This document shows positions 59,397 to 64,000 of a DNA stretch of 64,000 bases, in pieces. Each line of letters begins with the position of its first letter. Position 1 is the stretch's first letter. Source of the DNA: an uncultured Parachlamydiaceae bacterium (GTDB lineage: Bacteria; Chlamydiota; Chlamydiia; Chlamydiales; Parachlamydiaceae); the NCBI GenBank assembly GCA_963742415.1, contig CAVULX010000004.1, positions 416,001-480,000 on the forward strand. The letters run 5' to 3'. Both the position numbers and the translations under genes were made by a program. The notes below the pieces were generated by a model that was given only the letters and a program-made list of their open reading frames with translations, searched no databases and had not been told where the DNA came from.

Positions 59397-62300
59397 ATGT
59401 TTATCCCCTCCTTAAGTTCTTCATCTCTTCCCCAGAATCCTTTAATTGTTAATCAGAAAAAATTTCTAACAAAAGAAACAGCCAATGAATCATTGGCGCA
59501 AGCTCTAGGTCAATGTAAAGATGCGCCCCTTCCTAACGAAGCATTTGCTGCGCTGCATGGCGGGGTAGAGTTTGAAGGGATTACTTCCCCTGGGAAAACC
59601 TTTCATTTTACCGAAACTGTAGCTTGGTGGAAGAACAAGTTATCGAGTTTATCCCGAAGCGAGGAGGGCGATTTATCGTTCTGGGTACAAGATCTCGAGC
59701 AAATGGAAGAGGGGCTTGAATTATTGAATAAAGGGGCATCTGCGGCCCCTGCATTAAAGCAGTATATTAAAGAGCAACTGGATGAAACTAATCGATGTGT
59801 CTTGCCTTTACCTTTCAAGCATACAAATACCGGTCTCATACATGTGTTAGTTTGCGTGTTTGAAAAAGATAATAAGGGGATAGCGCGGGTTCGCCTTCTT
59901 GACAAAGGTGTATGCGCGGAGAATCAAGTTCCTGCATTGATACTCGAGGGGGGGAAAGTAAAAAGGAGCTACACCGATTTGCCCGTTCGGTTGCGAGACA
60001 ACTTTTTTTCCGAAGAGCGAGGCTATGCAGATCATCTTTTTGAATGCCTTTCGGATTTTGCCCGAGGGGCGGTTTCTCCTTCTACATCAACCTCAACCCC
60101 TTCGATTATTTACGGCCTTTTTCATGAAATTATAGGGGAAGTTCATGCTGAGGATGTCACTCAACCGGTAGAAAATCAGTCTGGGCGTCCCAAATTGTGG
60201 TTTTCACCCGAAATGGCGGTCACAGTAGGTCAATCGGAAAGATCGATCCATCAGCTTGCCCCTCTGATGTTGCGGGACCAGATTGTTCAAGGGATGACAC
60301 CCCACTCTATGGATGAATACAAACGAGCGATCCTTCTCATTAAAATTCAGTCTTGGATGGATATGGCTGCCGAGCTTCAGAGCAATCCGGACAAGCAAAT
60401 TGCAATAGAATTTTTAAGCCAGTGTCTGAAAAATTTTAATGCTTCAATAGAAAAGGGGTACCAGAAGAAGCATATTTCTGAAGATGAGCTCCTTATTTGC
60501 CAGGCCTTGAATGAAGAATTACAAAGTTTATTCTTGCGAAGGACAGCAAAAACCCCGGTGGTTGTCCCTTCGGTACCTTTGGAAAAGATAGATGATAAAG
60601 CAACTCACTTAAAAGCTGTACTTCCACCCCTTTCGAAGCCTCCGGCTCCGATCGAGACGACCCTCAAAACTTTGATTCCTTTTAAAGACCCCTCTAATAA
60701 ATCTGAGAAAATTACAGAAGAACTCAAAGAGCTTTGCGAGACTGCAAATAAGAGTGATCCTGAATTTCGTTTTCAGATTGTGAATTCCTTTGTACTGAAG
60801 CTTTCTTTGGAAAAGGAATTTTGGGACCAAGTTCCTGATGATAAACTTTTAGATACCTTGAAATTCCTCAAGGAAGCCATTCAACTTACAGCAGACAGCT
60901 TCGGCAGCGTAGAGCGTCAGCAGCAGCTTCATCCGGAGTTATCCTTATTGGCTGCTTCGGGATATATTATTGCAGACCATTTGGTCCACAGATTAACTGG
61001 TGAAAATGGTCTTCCCAATCTTCACTTAGATAAACGTGCATTTTTGTTTCCTGAGCCTCCAGATTCATTCTATTTTCACAATAAAGAGAGTGATACCCAC
61101 TGGAAGGCTATTTGCAATCGCTTGAGGGAAGTTCAACTATCAGATCGCCTGAGCTATTTTTTTCGTTGCAAGGGGGCTGATGCTGACAATATTTGCTATG
61201 AACCTCTTACTGTAAATGATAAGCATACTGAGGAAAAAAGGTTGACTCAATACTTGCAAAAATTGCGAGGAGGAAAGCAACCTTCAAATCTTGAGGATTT
61301 AGGCGATATTTACATAGAGAAAGAAGTAGATGACAACAATAAAACTAAAGGCATACCAAAAGTAAAAAAACGGGATGAGGGCCCTTATCCAGCTTCTTTT
61401 TATGATTATTATTATTTTCATATCTTGACTTCACGGTTATTTGAAAGATCTCCAAATCTATCTCCTCAAGTGCTTAAAGAGCTGATCGGATGTAACAAAA
61501 CGTTGCGAGTTACTCTGCAGACACATAAACCTAAAAATTCTCATTCTACAAACAGGTCTTACATCGTCGATTACCAAAATATAGATGGCTATGCAGGGAA
61601 CGGGGAAGGAACAACTCGCTTACATACCCAAAGATTGTCTGACTTAGGACGTCTTAAGGGAGCGATCAGTACAGGGGAAAAAGAAAATGAGCTTGCCGTT
61701 CGAAAAGAGGAAGAGCTCTATACTAATAGCAATATTTTCCTTAAGGACTTCAAAAAAATTGAACGCGACCCACAACTGCAGTTATCCATGCTAATGCAAT
61801 GGTGTAGGAGGCATACCGAAATTTTGGAGCAAACTGAAGTTCAATCTTTTGTTGAATATATTCTCTTGAGAAAAGATTCTCCTGTAGAAACAGCCGCCCC
61901 GCTCGTTAAAAAAGAGTTATTTGGATTTATCCAAGAGCAAATAAATCACTCTTCCACCCATTTATCGACTTTAAATACCCGTCTATTTTGGATACGAATT
62001 TATTTGCATCTAAAGGAGAGGGAAAAAAATTCCAAGGATGAAATCGATTCTTGGTTGGATGAACAACTACCACAGCTTGAAGAGGCTTTTTATCAACTGC
62101 AAGATGCTCATGAAGACAAAGACATAGATATATTCAAGCTCGCTGCTGACAAGCTTGCAACCCATTTAACCTATTTTTCTACCCGCTATTCAGATTTTAA
62201 TCCAAAGCGGGCAGAGCAATTCCTGGGATGGCATCTTTTGCGGTTTATTTTGAAAAGCGATAGTAGCGATGCCCCCTATTGGATGAGCGTCGACATCGAC

Positions 62301-64000
62301 CAATTCTTTGTCGATCGTGGTCATTGCTTATTTCCCCATATGAAAAATATTAAAGCCCTTCCTAAACAGCTCGGATGTTTCAAATATTCCCCCTTTGCTG
62401 GTATTTCAGATGTCGAGGTCAAACAACCCCAATTAGGCCTATATAAATTGGAAGGCAATGGCCACCACATAGACTTTGATGTATTTAATAAAACGGTTTC
62501 GTTGGATGGCCAGAAAATTTCATTCGGCGATGCTATTTTGACGCCAAGTGAAAGGCGATTCATCAATCAATGGGATTTAACAAAAAAATGGATCCCTTGT
62601 GCAGAGCGTTTAATCAAAGAAGGGGTGCGAAAATCTGTCACTGTTACCGGTGTCGAAATAACTAAATCGGGAGCAAATATTTGTACATTGGACGAGACCT
62701 ATCGATTAATTGGAAACAGCCTATATCGCGATTTCCCAAGAGAATTGCTTCGAACCCTGAATTTGAGTAAAGAAGAAAAAGAGATCTGGAATGTTCAAGA
62801 GAGGATCTCCAGCAATAAAACTCCCCCCTTAATTAAGGTTTCTCCAACGACGTTCCAATGTGCAGATGGATCTGCGAGGTTTACCCAATCCAAGGAAAAA
62901 GTTTTTGAGCTACAAGAACGCATTACCATTGAGGGGCATTCGGGGTGGTACAAGAAAATGAACAAACCGCCAAAACTTCCAGCAGGTTTATGCCTTGGAA
63001 CCATTTGGGAACGTTCTTTCGATAGTCCAAGTGCTCTTCCCCAATATTTGATCCGCGTGAGTGGAAAACCTGTCGCTGAAATAGAATCCATCGACAAAGA
63101 TAACATCCGCATACACAAGCTGGATGAAAAGGGGGTTAGAACCGGCGAATGTTTGGCCGATCTTCAAAATCTTCCCCAAATTTCCTTTCTTAAACAGATG
63201 GGGCAAGAAAGACTTCTCCTTTGGGCTAAAGAGGGGCAGGTTGTTCGTGCGGAAAATATTGAACACAAAGACCTGACGTTTTTATACGATGGAACGACTT
63301 GGACATGTTCCAAATTTCCTGGTTATCAAGTGGATGAAAATGGTCCTTTTGATGTAGGCCGTTTCAATCATGGTGTCATGCTGATTAAGGGAAATCAGAA
63401 ACAGTTGTTGCTCCCTTGCAAGCAGGTGGTACCGTTAAATGGCCACTATCAACTTAAGAGCAAACCGATTGACGGCATCGAAAAAGAATCACTTCTTATT
63501 TACAAACAAGATCCTATCAGCCACGAATGGGTCGGAACAACCGATACTGCTCGGCTATATCTAGCCTATCTTTATATTGAAGCAGGCAATGAAGAGAACG
63601 CACGCAAGGCGATCGGCTCAATGGAATTAAATTCCCTTTTAACACCACAGCAATGGGAAATTTTTGCATTAATCGCTTCTAGTTCAAATCTTTCTCCGGA
63701 AGCCTCAGCTCTCAAAATGCGCCTGGCAACTCTTGTAAGGGAAAATAGCAAAAAGCCCCGCTTTAATTCCCGTCCGGTTGCAAATGGGGAAGTCCAATCT
63801 TCTTTCTGGAAATCAATAGCCAAAGAGATGTCCCGGTTTTTGAATTTGCAAGGAGCGGAGTTTAGCCGTGTTCCATCTCGGTTTTACATTACTGAGAAGC
63901 AAATCGGAAATATTTTGTCTGATATCGTATCATATAAACGGCAGGATGGAACGACCGATTTAGAAACACCCGCTCGAATCTTGCAAGAATCCACACATTA
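59397..64000 (+). CDS. Giant hypothetical protein (>1530 aa), 3' end outside the window; not in the ORF track
   Basis: ATG 59397 MFIPSLSSSSLPQNPL...; frame open wherever read, including the last line, and no stop-terminated + strand ORF is listed in this span. Confidence 0.8.
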   Translation, partial: MFIPSLSSSSLPQNPLIVNQKKFLTKETANESLAQALGQCKDAPLPNEAFAALHGGVEFEGITSPGKTFHFTETVAWWKNKLSSLSRSEEGDLSFWVQDLEQMEEGLELLNKGASAAPALKQYIKEQLDETNRCVLPLPFKHTNTGLIHVLVCVFEKDNKGIARVRLLDKGVCAENQVPALILEGGKVKRSYTDLPVRLRDNFFSEERGYADHLFECLSDFARGAVSPSTSTSTPSIIYGLFHEIIGEVHAEDVTQPVENQSGRPKLWFSPEMAVTVGQSERSIHQLAPLMLRDQIVQGMTPHSMDEYKRAILLIKIQSWMDMAAELQSNPDKQIAIEFLSQCLKNFNASIEKGYQKKHISEDELLICQALNEELQSLFLRRTAKTPVVVPSVPLEKIDDKATHLKAVLPPLSKPPAPIETTLKTLIPFKDPSNKSEKITEELKELCETANKSDPEFRFQIVNSFVLKLSLEKEFWDQVPDDKLLDTLKFLKEAIQLTADSFGSVERQQQLHPELSLLAASGYIIADHLVHRLTGENGLPNLHLDKRAFLFPEPPDSFYFHNKESDTHWKAICNRLREVQLSDRLSYFFRCKGADADNICYEPLTVNDKHTEEKRLTQYLQKLRGGKQPSNLEDLGDIYIEKEVDDNNKTKGIPKVKKRDEGPYPASFYDYYYFHILTSRLFERSPNLSPQVLKELIGCNKTLRVTLQTHKPKNSHSTNRSYIVDYQNIDGYAGNGEGTTRLHTQRLSDLGRLKGAISTGEKENELAVRKEEELYTNSNIFLKDFKKIERDPQLQLSMLMQWCRRHTEILEQTEVQSFVEYILLRKDSPVETAAPLVKKELFGFIQEQINHSSTHLSTLNTRLFWIRIYLHLKEREKNSKDEIDSWLDEQLPQLEEAFYQLQDAHEDKDIDIFKLAADKLATHLTYFSTRYSDFNPKRAEQFLGWHLLRFILKSDSSDAPYWMSVDIDQFFVDRGHCLFPHMKNIKALPKQLGCFKYSPFAGISDVEVKQPQLGLYKLEGNGHHIDFDVFNKTVSLDGQKISFGDAILTPSERRFINQWDLTKKWIPCAERLIKEGVRKSVTVTGVEITKSGANICTLDETYRLIGNSLYRDFPRELLRTLNLSKEEKEIWNVQERISSNKTPPLIKVSPTTFQCADGSARFTQSKEKVFELQERITIEGHSGWYKKMNKPPKLPAGLCLGTIWERSFDSPSALPQYLIRVSGKPVAEIESIDKDNIRIHKLDEKGVRTGECLADLQNLPQISFLKQMGQERLLLWAKEGQVVRAENIEHKDLTFLYDGTTWTCSKFPGYQVDENGPFDVGRFNHGVMLIKGNQKQLLLPCKQVVPLNGHYQLKSKPIDGIEKESLLIYKQDPISHEWVGTTDTARLYLAYLYIEAGNEENARKAIGSMELNSLLTPQQWEIFALIASSSNLSPEASALKMRLATLVRENSKKPRFNSRPVANGEVQSSFWKSIAKEMSRFLNLQGAEFSRVPSRFYITEKQIGNILSDIVSYKRQDGTTDLETPARILQESTH

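Noticed and set aside
63935..63948. 14-bp match (taaacggcaggatg) to the family A repeat inside the giant ORF
   Set aside because: Single short match without a partner arm, in coding sequence; may be chance

Overview
Chromosomal window from what is most likely an environmental (amoeba-associated) member of the Chlamydiae. This is inferred from the gene orders infA-tRNA(Thr)-tuf-tRNA(Trp)-secE-nusG-rplKAJL-rpoBC and rpmG-lolC/E-like-lolD, plus tandem F-box genes. The housekeeping backbone comprises lysS, rimO, priA, mutS, a cystathionine beta-synthase/gamma-lyase pair, a VKOR-thioredoxin fusion, Lol-type ABC genes, tsaD, sufE and the tuf-rpoBC cluster. It is interrupted by three kinds of accessory DNA. 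(i) A left-end block with two P-type ATPases, a Zn-dependent dehydrogenase and an AbiE-like HTH + nucleotidyltransferase pair. (ii) Several mostly AT-rich, eukaryote-like putative effector genes: an AnkH-like Cys-protease-fold protein, a 1774-aa J-domain + FYVE-like protein, a caspase-fold + ankyrin-like protein, four tandem F-box genes and a >1500-aa ORF running off the right end. (iii) At least three families of short palindromic REP/REPIN/MITE-like elements that often sit at the borders of those genes. A 33-bp near-perfect copy of internal mutS sequence lies in an intergenic region next to an IS3-like end. The 38.7-52 kb essential cluster carries dozens of single-base indels, almost certainly a sequencing or assembly artefact. 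All family assignments come from motif recognition by eye; no database searches were run.
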